Source: a virus
Lineage: Duplodnaviria > Caudoviricetes
IMG/VR virus record: IMGVR_UViG_3300036797_000054
Location: 32,001-96,000 of that record
Reading direction: 5' to 3' (one strand)
DNA: 64,000 nt
A program made the translations under genes and the position numbers. A model generated the notes under the pieces. The model did no database searches and had not been told where the DNA came from. It worked only from the letters and a program-made list of their open reading frames with translations. Below are positions 10,300 to 20,319 of the stretch, piece after piece. Each line of letters starts with the position of its first letter. Positions within the stretch are counted from its first letter, which is position 1.

Positions 10300-10944
10300 A
10301 TGTCGGAGGCAACCGCCGAGCCGCGTAGCGCGGCAGATCACGCAGAGGCCGATGCAACAGCGGAGGGCGAGGAGGCAGCGCCCGGAGGCCACCTGGCCGA
10401 GCTCGGGCGCAAGGCGCGCGAGATGCGCGAGTCCGACGACAGCGACGTGCTGATCGTGGACGACGACGCGCTGGAGGCACGCGAGGCGGCCGCGTCGGGC
10501 AACGCCAGCGAGGACGACTGGGACTCGGTGACGGAGTGGCTGCTGGGCGACACCGTGGAAGCGATGACGCGCAAGCTGAGCATTCGCGTCGGAGGCACCG
10601 ATGACGAGCCGCGCATGATGCCCTGGATCATCAAAGCGATCCCGATCGACGTGATCCGCATGGCCGAGCGCGACGCCACCGGCAACCAGCAGGGCCAGCA
10701 GCGCCGCCGACGGCCCGCAGGCGCTCCGCGCTACGACGAGCTCAAGGCCAACCTGCGCGTGATCGTGGAGGGCACGGTCAAGCCCGACCTGAAGCAGGCG
10801 GCCCAGGAGGCGGGGATCGCTGACCCGACCGTACTGCTCCAGCGCCGTCTCGCGATGCGTGTCGGCGTCGTCGCGCAGATCGCGGGCGAGATCATGTCCC
10901 TGTCCGGCTTTGACGAGTCGGACGTGCAGGCTGCGGGAAACTGA
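10300..10944 (+). CDS. tail assembly chaperone (XkdN-like), short form
   Basis: between tube and tape measure; ends IMSLSGF..AAGN with slippery GGGAAAC before stop. Confidence 0.8.
   Translation: MSEATAEPRSAADHAEADATAEGEEAAPGGHLAELGRKAREMRESDDSDVLIVDDDALEAREAAASGNASEDDWDSVTEWLLGDTVEAMTRKLSIRVGGTDDEPRMMPWIIKAIPIDVIRMAERDATGNQQGQQRRRRPAGAPRYDELKANLRVIVEGTVKPDLKQAAQEAGIADPTVLLQRRLAMRVGVVAQIAGEIMSLSGFDESDVQAAGN
10935..10941 (+). other. programmed -1 ribosomal frameshift site G GGA AAC
   Basis: X XXY YYZ heptamer; -1 frame reads GKLIRAGREATM directly into ORF 10968-11195. Confidence 0.85.
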
Positions 10945-10967
10945 TCCGCGCTGGGCGTGAGGCCACG

Positions 10968-11195
10968 ATGCTGTTCTACGTGTGGAAGGCGTCCGGCGCG
11001 GACCCGTACAAGCTGTACAACTCGCTCGGGGACGACTACAGGCCGCTGGCGGTGCCAGATGCTGAGCCGCGGCCTCCGCAGTTCCCCGAGCGAGTGCGGA
11101 CGTTCATCTACGCGTGTGGTCTACGCGTGCGCGAGCTGGAGCGGGAGGATGCTGATCGGCAGGCGATGCTGATCGCCAAGGCGATTGGAGGGTAG
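10968..11195 (+). CDS. tail assembly chaperone C-terminal (frameshift) segment
   Basis: in the -1 frame of the slippery site; abuts tape measure ATG. Confidence 0.75.
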   Translation: MLFYVWKASGADPYKLYNSLGDDYRPLAVPDAEPRPPQFPERVRTFIYACGLRVRELEREDADRQAMLIAKAIGG

Positions 11196-14100
11196 ATGGC
11201 GGCGACGGTCACTGGGGCTTTCGCCGTCATTGACCGCGCCTCGCGGCCGATCCGCCAGATTCGCGACTCGGCGATCGAGGCCGACGTTGCAGTCAAACGG
11301 CTCGGCGCTTCGCTGGACGAGCTCGGCACCCAGCGCCAGATTCAGATGCTCTCGAACACGGGCGAGAAGATTCGCTCGCTCGGCTCTGACACAGACTCGG
11401 CTGCCGAAGACGCTGAGCGCCTGAGCAAGCACCTGGAGGATGTCGGCGCTCCCAACCTCGCGCGGAACATCGACACGACCAACCGCTCGATCCAGAACAC
11501 CTCCTCGGTCACGCGCAGCGCCGAGCGCGATGTGAAAGCGATGCACGAAGAGATGGACGTGCTGGGCAAACGCACCGAGAAGACAGGCAGCCTGCTCGAT
11601 CGCCTGTCGGCCAAGCTGCCGGGCCTGCGCGCGGGCTTGATGGGAATGCTCGTGCCCATGATCGGCTTGGCCGCACAGGGCATTGGCGGCCTGCTGGCGG
11701 GGCTCACGTCGCTGCTGCCCAAGTTCGCGGACCTCGCTGGCCTGGCGGGGCCGCTGGGCATCGCGTTCACCGGGATGGGTGCGGCTGTGCTCACGGGCAA
11801 GCTCGCGTTCGAGGGGCTGTCCAAGGCGATGTCCGGCAATAAGAAAGCGATCGCCGAACTGACCCCGGAGGGGCGGCAGTTGGTGCAGACGCTAAAGCTC
11901 TACAAGCCGGTGCTGACCGAAATCCAGCGCTCGGCGCAACAGGGCCTGTTCCCCGGCCTCGACCAGTCGATCCGCCAGCTCGCGAGCGTGCGCCCCGTCT
12001 TGCAGCAGATCACGCGTGGGATGGGCTCGGCGCTCGGCGGCGTGGCGGCGAACCTCTCCGGGCAGATCAGCTCGCCGGGGTTCATCAACGACTTCCAAGA
12101 GATCGTCTCGGGCGGCCAGCGCAGCGCGACTCAGTTCGGCGCTGCGCTCGGCAACATGATGAACGTCGTCCGCAACTTCCTCGCCGCGGCGCTGCCGTTC
12201 ACCGACTGGCTGGGCAACACCGTCGTGGGTCTGACCGCGAGCGCCGCCCGCACGACCGAAATGGCGCGCGAGACGGGCAAGCTCAGCGATATGTTCGACC
12301 GCACCGAGCGTTCGGTGAGCACGTTCGGCTCGGTGCTGCACAACGTGTGGGACATCTTCCGCGCTATCGGCCACGCCTCGCGCGAGACGGGCGACACGAT
12401 TTGGGAATCGATCGACCGCACGACCAAGGGCTGGGCCGCGTTCCTGCAAGGGTCCCAGGGCCAGCGCGACATGCTCAGCTACTTCACGGCGATGCGCCCC
12501 GTGTTCGCCGATGCCTCCCATTTCCTTGGCGATCTCGTCAAGTCCCTCGGAGAGCTCTCGGTCGGGGGCGGCTTCACCAAAGCGATCAACGCCCTGGACG
12601 AAGCGCTGCCCACGCTGACCAAAGGGCTCGGCGAACTGTCCAGCGGCATCGGCGTCGAGCTCGTCGAAGGGCTCGCCAACGTCGTGACGCTGCTGGGCAC
12701 GCTCACCGGCGGGCAGGGTCCCGTCTCAATGTTCCTGCGCCTGCTGAATGGCGTATTGCGCACGATCAACGGGATCACTCACGCGGTGCCCGCGCTGGGC
12801 ACGCTGCTGGGCGCGGCTTTCACCGTCGTAGGGCTGAACGCGTTCGCGGGCAAGCTCAGCAGCCTCGGTGGACCGATCGGCTCGCTGGCGGCGAAATGGC
12901 GGGGGGTTGCGGTCGAGGCCAACGGCGCGGCCGCGGCCGAGGAGCGCGCGGCGGGCGCAGCTCGCGCCGGTGGCCTTGGTGGCGGCGTCGTGCCGGTCGG
13001 CGGCGCGGCCGCGGAGGAGGGCAGCCTGCGCAACTCCATGGCGGGGCTGAAACTGACCGGAACGGCGGCTCTCGTCGCAGGTGCGAAAGCGGTCCCCGGC
13101 ATGGCGCTGGGAGCGCTCGGCAGCTTGGCCGAGTTCGCCATCCCGCTGATGCTGATCAACGGGCTGCTCGGAGGTTTCGGCACGCAGGGCGGTGTCTCAG
13201 ACCGCGCGGCTGGCGTCCTGGGCGGCATGACGTTCGGCCTTAGCAAACTGCTCGGCGGCGCGTTCAATCCGGTGCACCTCACCGCCGCCGAAGCAAGCGA
13301 ACGCGGGCGAGCCTCGATCCTCTCCAACGCGGCGACAGGGCGCACCCAGTCCGCGCGGCTGAGCACCGGCGAGACGCGCTCGTTCGCGGGAGCGAAGCTG
13401 CCCGGATTCAACGCGGCGACCGGAGCGTTCACGGGGCAGGGGCTGAACAGCCGGATCGCGGGCAATCAAACCTTCACCCTGCGCGCGGCTCAGAAGGGCG
13501 ATGAACAGCAGCTCGCCCATCCGGGGAACATGAGCGGTGTGGCCCAGTCGTTCACTCGTGGGCAGCTCGCGGCCACGAGCGAAATCCTGCACGACTATGA
13601 ACGGTTCCAGGAGGAACAGGTCCAGAAAGCCCGTGACGCAGGCACGCGCATGGCGCAGGGCTTCTCCCAGGCGTACAACATCTACTCCCGCGCCAAAGGC
13701 CCGCAGCAGGCGTTCAAGCTGACCGCAAACGAAATGCTCGGGGACATCAGCCACCTGGGGCGCAACGGGCGCACCGCGATGGCCGAAGGTGTCCTGTCGT
13801 GGGCGCGCGAACTGGAGCGCTCAGAACCGAAACTGCGCGGGCCGATCAACTCGATGCTGCGCTCGATGGAATCGCGCTTTGACGATCTCGGTCAGCACAT
13901 CCGCATCGTCAACGGCGAAATCTTCACGGGCTCGGCAGCCAAGTGGAAAGAAATCGGCGAAGCGATCGAAAGCCCGGCGTTCAAGGCCGAATACCGCGTC
14001 CGGGGCGCGTTCTCGGGCATCTTCAAGGCCGCTGTGGCCCAGCTCGAAACTATGGGCTACACGGGTGCCGAAGCCAAAGCGATGATGAAGAACGTCGCTC

Positions 14101-15545
14101 ACGGCACCTCCAAGACCAGCGAATTCAGCACCGCCGACGCCAAGCAGAACCAGGCCACCTCGGCATTGATCCTGCCCGCGTCCGGCAAGCACAAAGGCAA
14201 AGCACGCGGAGGCCGTCTCATGGGCGAGGGACTGCACGACTCGGTGCCGCTATTCATGGGCATGGCCGCGCCCGGCGAGCTCATCGTCAACCGCCACACC
14301 GAGTCGCGCATCAATCGCAAACTGCGCCCCTACGGCACGAGCCTGGGTCACGAGGTCGAGCGCGAGAACTGGCCGCACAGCGCGCCGATGTTCCAGACCG
14401 GCGGCTTCGTCGCCGGACCTGGGACGAACTACTCGGTCGGGGAAGAGCCCGCGCTGGCGTCAGCGCTGAACCGCCTCGGTCACTATCTGCACCGCACGCT
14501 CACGGGGATCTCGGGCTACCGCTCGCCTGCGCACTCGGTCGCAGTCGGCGGCTTCGCCGATGACCCGCACACCGAAGGACGCGCCTCGGACACGATCGGC
14601 ACGGAAACCGTCCCCGAGTCAGTCCTGGAGAAATTCGGCATCACGCGGCCGTTCCCGGGCGCGGCCGAGGCCGACCACATGCAGCTCCTGCACTCGGTCG
14701 CGCGTGGCGGCTTGGCGGCCGGGGCCGTCGCCGCATCGGCCGGGGGCGTTGGCGGTGGACTCGCGCAGTCGATCAAACTGCGCCGCGCCAGCCTCGGCGC
14801 AGGCGCACCCGGCATCTTGGCGGCGACCGCGTACAACAGCATCGCGAGGGGGATGGAACAGCGGATCAACTCCTCGCTCGGCGGCAGTGGCGGCGGCATG
14901 ATCCCCGGCGGCCACGGCGGCGGCGGCTCGCCCTCGGCCAACGAACGCCTCGGGCGCACGATGATGGTCGCCTCGGGCTGGCCCGCGAGCCAATGGCCCT
15001 ACCTCCAGAAACTGTGGACGCAGGAGTCGGGCTGGAACGCCAACTCGGTCAACTCCAGCTCCGGTGCCTACGGCATCCCACAGGCGCTCGGCCACGGCCA
15101 CCCGTTCGCGCTCGGAGACGCGCGCGCGCAGATCAGTTGGGGACTGAATTACATCCGCGGCCGCTACGGCTCGCCCTCGGGCGCATGGGCGCACGAGACG
15201 TCCAACAACTGGTATGGGCTCGGCGGCCGACCGGCATGGGGCGGCTGGAACCAGCGCGGCGGTCGCGGGACGTTCAACCGCGCGACGCTGCTCGGCCTCG
15301 GCGAGGGCCACAACGCCGAGCACGTCAACATCACACCCCACGAGGAGCGCGCAGGCAGCGTCAACAGCGCAGGCGGCAAGGGCGGCGGCGGTGCACGCGC
15401 GGTGATCACCTTCGGCCCCGGCTCGATCGTGGTGCACGGCACCGACCGCAAAGCCGCGGATGAGATGGTCGAGCGCGTCATGGAGAAGCTGGCCGAGGCG
15501 CTGGAGAACATGGGCCTTGAGTCCGAGATAGGAGTCTCGCAATGA
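11196..15545 (+). CDS. tape measure protein with C-terminal M15-type peptidase and lytic transglycosylase domains
   Basis: 1449 aa Ala/Gly/Leu helical; SGYRSPAHSVAVGG..HTEGRASD..HMQL; LWTQESGWNANSVNSSSGAYGIPQAL. Confidence 0.9.
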   Translation: MAATVTGAFAVIDRASRPIRQIRDSAIEADVAVKRLGASLDELGTQRQIQMLSNTGEKIRSLGSDTDSAAEDAERLSKHLEDVGAPNLARNIDTTNRSIQNTSSVTRSAERDVKAMHEEMDVLGKRTEKTGSLLDRLSAKLPGLRAGLMGMLVPMIGLAAQGIGGLLAGLTSLLPKFADLAGLAGPLGIAFTGMGAAVLTGKLAFEGLSKAMSGNKKAIAELTPEGRQLVQTLKLYKPVLTEIQRSAQQGLFPGLDQSIRQLASVRPVLQQITRGMGSALGGVAANLSGQISSPGFINDFQEIVSGGQRSATQFGAALGNMMNVVRNFLAAALPFTDWLGNTVVGLTASAARTTEMARETGKLSDMFDRTERSVSTFGSVLHNVWDIFRAIGHASRETGDTIWESIDRTTKGWAAFLQGSQGQRDMLSYFTAMRPVFADASHFLGDLVKSLGELSVGGGFTKAINALDEALPTLTKGLGELSSGIGVELVEGLANVVTLLGTLTGGQGPVSMFLRLLNGVLRTINGITHAVPALGTLLGAAFTVVGLNAFAGKLSSLGGPIGSLAAKWRGVAVEANGAAAAEERAAGAARAGGLGGGVVPVGGAAAEEGSLRNSMAGLKLTGTAALVAGAKAVPGMALGALGSLAEFAIPLMLINGLLGGFGTQGGVSDRAAGVLGGMTFGLSKLLGGAFNPVHLTAAEASERGRASILSNAATGRTQSARLSTGETRSFAGAKLPGFNAATGAFTGQGLNSRIAGNQTFTLRAAQKGDEQQLAHPGNMSGVAQSFTRGQLAATSEILHDYERFQEEQVQKARDAGTRMAQGFSQAYNIYSRAKGPQQAFKLTANEMLGDISHLGRNGRTAMAEGVLSWARELERSEPKLRGPINSMLRSMESRFDDLGQHIRIVNGEIFTGSAAKWKEIGEAIESPAFKAEYRVRGAFSGIFKAAVAQLETMGYTGAEAKAMMKNVAHGTSKTSEFSTADAKQNQATSALILPASGKHKGKARGGRLMGEGLHDSVPLFMGMAAPGELIVNRHTESRINRKLRPYGTSLGHEVERENWPHSAPMFQTGGFVAGPGTNYSVGEEPALASALNRLGHYLHRTLTGISGYRSPAHSVAVGGFADDPHTEGRASDTIGTETVPESVLEKFGITRPFPGAAEADHMQLLHSVARGGLAAGAVAASAGGVGGGLAQSIKLRRASLGAGAPGILAATAYNSIARGMEQRINSSLGGSGGGMIPGGHGGGGSPSANERLGRTMMVASGWPASQWPYLQKLWTQESGWNANSVNSSSGAYGIPQALGHGHPFALGDARAQISWGLNYIRGRYGSPSGAWAHETSNNWYGLGGRPAWGGWNQRGGRGTFNRATLLGLGEGHNAEHVNITPHEERAGSVNSAGGKGGGGARAVITFGPGSIVVHGTDRKAADEMVERVMEKLAEALENMGLESEIGVSQ

Positions 15546-16399
15546 CGTTCGTGAAGGTCGGAGGCGTGCTGGTCAACGACAAGGGGCTGCCGCTCACGGC
15601 AGTCTCCAAGCCGACGACGATCTTCAAGCGCTCAGACACGCCGTTTGAAGGCGGAGGCACCGAAGTCACCTTGCAGGCCGAACCGGGCTACACCAAATCC
15701 GGCTTTCTCGGCGTGCCGTTCCGCTTTCAGGTGCCGCCGCTGGACAACATCCAGAAGACGCGCGGGCACAACTGGCAGGGCTACATGGTCACGGGCGGCG
15801 CAGACGGGCCAAAGGAACGCTCGCGCTCGGAAGGGCCGAAGCTCCAGACGGTCACGTTCAAGGCGATCGTGCTCAACTGGGAGCCCTCTTGGCAGGTGTG
15901 GTCGCCCGATGAACTGGAGCCCCAGCTTGCCGCGGCCGAACTAGAAGAGCTCGTCAAGCGCGGCATCAAGTTCCGCCTGCGCATCCGTAACGCCGAACTG
16001 TACGACTACGACGACGTGAACATGCTCGCGGCGATGACGCAGGCCGATGTCACCGAGGAAGCGGGCGAGCCGGACGCGCGCTACATCCAGTGCGGCTTTC
16101 AGGAATGGGACCCCACCGAGGTCGAACGCAAGGCGCTGAAAAACACGATCGGCCCGTGGAGCCACAAGGTCGTCGCCGGTGACTCCCTCTACACGCTCAG
16201 CCAGCACTACTACAAGACGAATACGCTGTGGAAGCTCATCGCCGCGGCGAACCACCTCACGAGCTATCCGCCCTCGCAGCCGCTGTTCGTCGGCAACGTC
16301 AAGTCGCACAAAGTGCTGAAGATTCCGGCCAAGCCCGCGAGCGCGTCCACGATCAGCGCCAACGGCGAACGTCAGACCACGGCGATCGTGCTGCCCTGA
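15542..16399 (+). CDS. LysM-domain tube initiator (XkdP-like)
   Basis: HKVVAGDSLYTLSQHYY..LWKLIAAAN LysM; follows tape measure. Confidence 0.8.
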   Translation: MTFVKVGGVLVNDKGLPLTAVSKPTTIFKRSDTPFEGGGTEVTLQAEPGYTKSGFLGVPFRFQVPPLDNIQKTRGHNWQGYMVTGGADGPKERSRSEGPKLQTVTFKAIVLNWEPSWQVWSPDELEPQLAAAELEELVKRGIKFRLRIRNAELYDYDDVNMLAAMTQADVTEEAGEPDARYIQCGFQEWDPTEVERKALKNTIGPWSHKVVAGDSLYTLSQHYYKTNTLWKLIAAANHLTSYPPSQPLFVGNVKSHKVLKIPAKPASASTISANGERQTTAIVLP

Positions 16400-17652
16400 T
16401 GGCGAGCTCGCAATCACAACGGCGCTCGGAGCCAGCATCGTCGCTGTACAAGTTCGCAGCGCCGCCGCTGATCCTCGGCGACGAGCGCTTCAAGCTCACG
16501 GCCAAGCCTCTCGGCAAGGGCGACGAAACGCCGCTCGATGATCTCACCACGAGCTTTAGCTGGGAAGATCAGAACGCGGAAATGACTGGGCAGATCGCGC
16601 TGACCGATCCCAGTGGCAAGGTCAAGTTGCTCCAGGGTCAGCAGATCGCGTGCCAGTTCTCCGAACACGCTGATGGGCCGTTCGGCAAGCTCTGGACGCT
16701 GAAGGTGCTCGAACCGGGCACGAGCCTGCAAGCGCAGGCGATCAGCGGCTCGCTCGCGAGCGACCTGTCCGAGGTCAACAAGGGCACCGAGAACTACTCC
16801 TACCGCAAGGGTAAGTCCCACCCCAAGGGCTGGACCGCCGATCAGATCGCGCGCAACGTCGAGTCGCGCACGCACATCCCGATCGGCAAGCTCGCCACCT
16901 GCACACACAAAATCACGAATCTCGTTGTGCATGGCGCGAAGCCACTGGACGTGATCGTGCGTGCCTACCGCGCCGAGCGCGTCGCGACCGGCCGCCTGTT
17001 CTTCCTCTACTGGGACGGCCGCCTGAACATCGTGCCGCTTACGCACTCGGCTGACCTCTTGCTGTTCGCCGGTGCGCTGATCGACGCGCAGCTCCAGCAG
17101 AAACTGCGCTCGGACTTCGCCACAGCGATCACGGTGCGCGCCACCACCAAGGGCAAGGAGCGCACGACCAAAACCGGCAAAAAAACGAAAGTGAAGCGGT
17201 CCTCGAAAAAGATCAGCGTCACGGTCAAGAACAACGCCGGGATCAAGCTCTACGGCTACGTGCACCGCCAGGTGACAGCCCCCGATGCGCACACCATCGC
17301 CCAGGCCAAGAAGTACGGCCAGAACCTGCTGAACAAGGTGATCAAGCCCGAACGCATCTTGGAAGTGACGGTGCCGGTGCGTCCCACACTCAAACGCGGC
17401 AACGCGTTCAAGATCGGCTGGGCCTCGCAGGGCGTTACGCAAGTCTGCTATGTCGCGGGCCTCTCGCACAACGTCGCGCCCGGCAACATGACCACGACGA
17501 TCACCGCGGCGTTCACCGATCCAGTCAAGGACGCGCAGAAGGAAGCCGATGCCGCCAAACGTGCGGCCAAGGCCAAGGAACGCGGCCGCACTCCTGACAG
17601 CTCCAATCCCCCTGCGGGTAGCAGCAGCTCGCAGTCGAAACGGAGGTCGTGA
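16399..17652 (+). CDS. baseplate hub protein (XkdQ-like)
   Basis: synteny; GIKLYGYVH..AKKYGQNLL motif; TGATG coupling. Confidence 0.7.
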   Translation: MASSQSQRRSEPASSLYKFAAPPLILGDERFKLTAKPLGKGDETPLDDLTTSFSWEDQNAEMTGQIALTDPSGKVKLLQGQQIACQFSEHADGPFGKLWTLKVLEPGTSLQAQAISGSLASDLSEVNKGTENYSYRKGKSHPKGWTADQIARNVESRTHIPIGKLATCTHKITNLVVHGAKPLDVIVRAYRAERVATGRLFFLYWDGRLNIVPLTHSADLLLFAGALIDAQLQQKLRSDFATAITVRATTKGKERTTKTGKKTKVKRSSKKISVTVKNNAGIKLYGYVHRQVTAPDAHTIAQAKKYGQNLLNKVIKPERILEVTVPVRPTLKRGNAFKIGWASQGVTQVCYVAGLSHNVAPGNMTTTITAAFTDPVKDAQKEADAAKRAAKAKERGRTPDSSNPPAGSSSSQSKRRS

Positions 17653-18293
17653 TGTACGAGCACTTGGCGGTCGGTCCTACGCAGCCGGTGCGCGTGCTCG
17701 TCGCGGGCTCGGAGCGGCGCATCAACGTCACGATCGTGAACGTCGGCCAGCAGGTCATTGAACTGCTCGATGACCCCCACGGCGAAGCGGGGAGTGGGTT
17801 CCCGCTCATCCCCGGCGCGGAATGGGTGTCCAACTGCTCTGGCCGCGCCCAGCTTTGGGCGATCGCCGCCAACGGCGTTGCGGGCTCGCTCGCCGTCTCG
17901 CGTGTCGTAGCCGAACGCGACATCCTCAAATGGGGATTCAAGGGGCCGGTGGACGACATGATGCTGGCGCGGCTGCCGTTCTATGAAGCCCAGGAAGCCC
18001 TCCGCGGCGCGCGCCAGAGTGGCACCGCGCGCTTTGCGAGCTGCGAGTGGCACGGGGCCTCTCAGTACGGAGATCCCGAGCGCACATCGTTCGCGATGGT
18101 CGATGAAAGCGGGCCGCTTGGCGAACTGGTGGGCGAGCGCATCGTGGTGAGCTTCGAGGGCCGCCAGGTCTATGCCTACGTGCACCGCAGCACGCAGCTC
18201 GACGCCGAGATGAGCCTCAACCGCCGTGCGTTCATGGCGCTGGCTCCGCTGTCGGCAGATGCGCTCAGCGTCGCTATCGCAGTGGTGCTCTGA
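17649..18293 (+). CDS. protein with C-terminal RlpA/DPBB-like domain
   Basis: ASCEWHG..GERIVVSFEGRQVYAYV..MSLNRRAFMALAPLSAD resembles RlpA-like double-psi beta barrel. Confidence 0.5.
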   Translation: MMYEHLAVGPTQPVRVLVAGSERRINVTIVNVGQQVIELLDDPHGEAGSGFPLIPGAEWVSNCSGRAQLWAIAANGVAGSLAVSRVVAERDILKWGFKGPVDDMMLARLPFYEAQEALRGARQSGTARFASCEWHGASQYGDPERTSFAMVDESGPLGELVGERIVVSFEGRQVYAYVHRSTQLDAEMSLNRRAFMALAPLSADALSVAIAVVL

Positions 18294-18718
18294 TGCCAGG
18301 CGGGCGCGAACGCATGGAAGATGCGATGCGCTCGACGCTGCGCCACGCCGTGGACTACCACGGCCACGAGGGCCGCTCGCACCTGGCCGACGTGCTCGCA
18401 CCGGGACCACCGATGATTGCCGAGGTGCACGACTCGAACATCGAATTGGAAGAGGACGACAACCTCTATCTCAGCCAGGCGGTGCGCCAGTACCACGCCG
18501 ACTACGGGCTCGAAGAGGGCGACAACATCGTCGTGACGATGATCGGCGACGGCGTCTGGCACGCCACGGCCGTGTTCAGCGACAACGACGTGGTGACTGG
18601 CTCCAAACCGGAAGCGCGGCCGCCTGCGCGCATGTCCGCGAGGGCGGCGCGAGCTCGCCATGCGCGTGCCCTGCAAGTACAGGCTGCTGCCGCCGCTCGA
18701 CGTAGGCTGCGCCCATGA
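18293..18718 (+). CDS. baseplate spike-like OB-fold protein (XkdR/DUF2577-like)
   Basis: synteny; LEEGDNIVVTMIGDGVW pattern. Confidence 0.5.
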   Translation: MPGGRERMEDAMRSTLRHAVDYHGHEGRSHLADVLAPGPPMIAEVHDSNIELEEDDNLYLSQAVRQYHADYGLEEGDNIVVTMIGDGVWHATAVFSDNDVVTGSKPEARPPARMSARAARARHARALQVQAAAAARRRLRP

Positions 18719-19764
18719 GATTCCACGTCGCCAGCCTGCCGCATACCTCCACGACCCGCGAGTTCTCGTGGTGCGCCTACACCGAGAAGGTGCGCAAGTT
18801 CGCCACGATGATGACGCGCCGCGGTCACACGGTCTACCTGTACGACTCGGGCGTCACCGATGCCGAGTGCGAGGAGAGCGTCGCCGTCGTGAAGCCACCG
18901 GCCGACGCGAGCGTCACCGAGCCCGAGTGGACCGAGCAGTATTGGGCTCCGATGAACCACCGCGCGATCGCGGCGATCGCCGAGCGCATCGAGCGGCGGG
19001 ACTTCATCTGCATCATCGGCGGCAACTGCCAGCAGGTCATCGCCCAGGCATTCCCCAACCATATGTCGGTCGAGTTCGGCATCGGCTACGAAGGCACGTT
19101 CTCGCCCTACCGGGTGTTCGAGAGCTACGCCTGGATGCACACGGTCTACGGCGCGCAGCAGGGCGCGCTCGGCTCCAACGGCAAGTTCTACGACGAGGTG
19201 ATCCCCAACTACTTCGAGGTCGAGCAGTTTCCATCCGGAATAGGTGGAAACTACCTGCTGTACGTCGGTCGCCTCATCAAGCGCAAGGGCGTCGAGATCG
19301 CCGTGGAGACGGCCAAGCGCACCGGCATGAAGCTGATCCTTGCAGGACAAGGAGATTCCCCACCCCATGGCGAACACGTAGGCGTCGTCGGTCCAGAGCG
19401 GCGCGCTGAGCTCATGGGAGGGGCGCGCGCGCTGCTCTGCCCGACGATCTACGTTGAGCCGTTCGGCGGCGTGGCCGTTGAGGCGCAGATGTGCGGGACG
19501 CCGGTGATCACCACCGATTGGGGCGCGTTCACCGAGACGGTGGAGCAGGGAGTCTCGGGCTTTCGCTGCCGCACCATGGAGCAATTCACCGCCGCCGCCC
19601 GCGCCGCTGGCGATCTGGATCGCGAGTTCATCCGTGCCCGCGCGATCGACCTGTACTCCACCGGCGTCATCGCCCGCCAGTACGAGGAGTATTTCACGCG
19701 CCTGCTGGGGTTGTTCGAGGACGGATTCCTTGCCTACGGCCCCGATGACGTGCGCGAGTCGTGA
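18715..19764 (+). CDS. glycosyltransferase family 4 (GT-B)
   Basis: LLYVGRLIKRKG, EPFGGVAVEAQMCGTPVITTDWGAFTETV. Confidence 0.92.
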   Translation: MRFHVASLPHTSTTREFSWCAYTEKVRKFATMMTRRGHTVYLYDSGVTDAECEESVAVVKPPADASVTEPEWTEQYWAPMNHRAIAAIAERIERRDFICIIGGNCQQVIAQAFPNHMSVEFGIGYEGTFSPYRVFESYAWMHTVYGAQQGALGSNGKFYDEVIPNYFEVEQFPSGIGGNYLLYVGRLIKRKGVEIAVETAKRTGMKLILAGQGDSPPHGEHVGVVGPERRAELMGGARALLCPTIYVEPFGGVAVEAQMCGTPVITTDWGAFTETVEQGVSGFRCRTMEQFTAAARAAGDLDREFIRARAIDLYSTGVIARQYEEYFTRLLGLFEDGFLAYGPDDVRES

Positions 19765-19785
19765 CGACAGATTCCCGATGGGAAG

Positions 19786-20319
19786 ATGGCTGACGTGGCC
19801 GAGAGCCAGACACCCGAACCGATCCCACCTGTCCCGGAACCCGAGCAGGAAGGCGTAGTCGAGCCGACCAACGAAGATGCGCTCGCGACGGTCATTGTCG
19901 AGGACGAACCGCTACCGCCGCTCGGGCGCACCTGGGCGTTCGACCTCAAGAAGGATGAATTCGTGCGCGTGGGTGCGCGTGGGCCGCGGGCGATCTTCGG
20001 TGCGATCACGCTCTTGCAGTGGATCGACAAGTGCCTGCACACCGCCCGCGGAGCGCTGCCGATCCATCCACCCGAGTACGGGATGCAGGACCCATTTGTG
20101 ATCTTCGGGCGGCCGATCAGAGAGTTGAGCGTGCAGGAGCTGCAACGCCAGATCGAGGATGCGCTGACGTTCCACCCGCGCATCGCCGCCGTCGTGAACT
20201 TGCAGCTCACGCGCGAAGATGACCGCGGCTACTGCACGTTCCAGGTCCAGACCGAACCACCGCTGGATGAAGACGAACTGCTCTCGATCCGGCTCGACGT
20301 AGGAGAGGGGATCGTCTGA
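19786..20319 (+). CDS. baseplate wedge / sheath initiator (gp25/XkdS-like)
   Basis: QWIDKCLHTARG..IHPPEYG..IEDALTFHPRI. Confidence 0.8.
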   Translation: MADVAESQTPEPIPPVPEPEQEGVVEPTNEDALATVIVEDEPLPPLGRTWAFDLKKDEFVRVGARGPRAIFGAITLLQWIDKCLHTARGALPIHPPEYGMQDPFVIFGRPIRELSVQELQRQIEDALTFHPRIAAVVNLQLTREDDRGYCTFQVQTEPPLDEDELLSIRLDVGEGIV

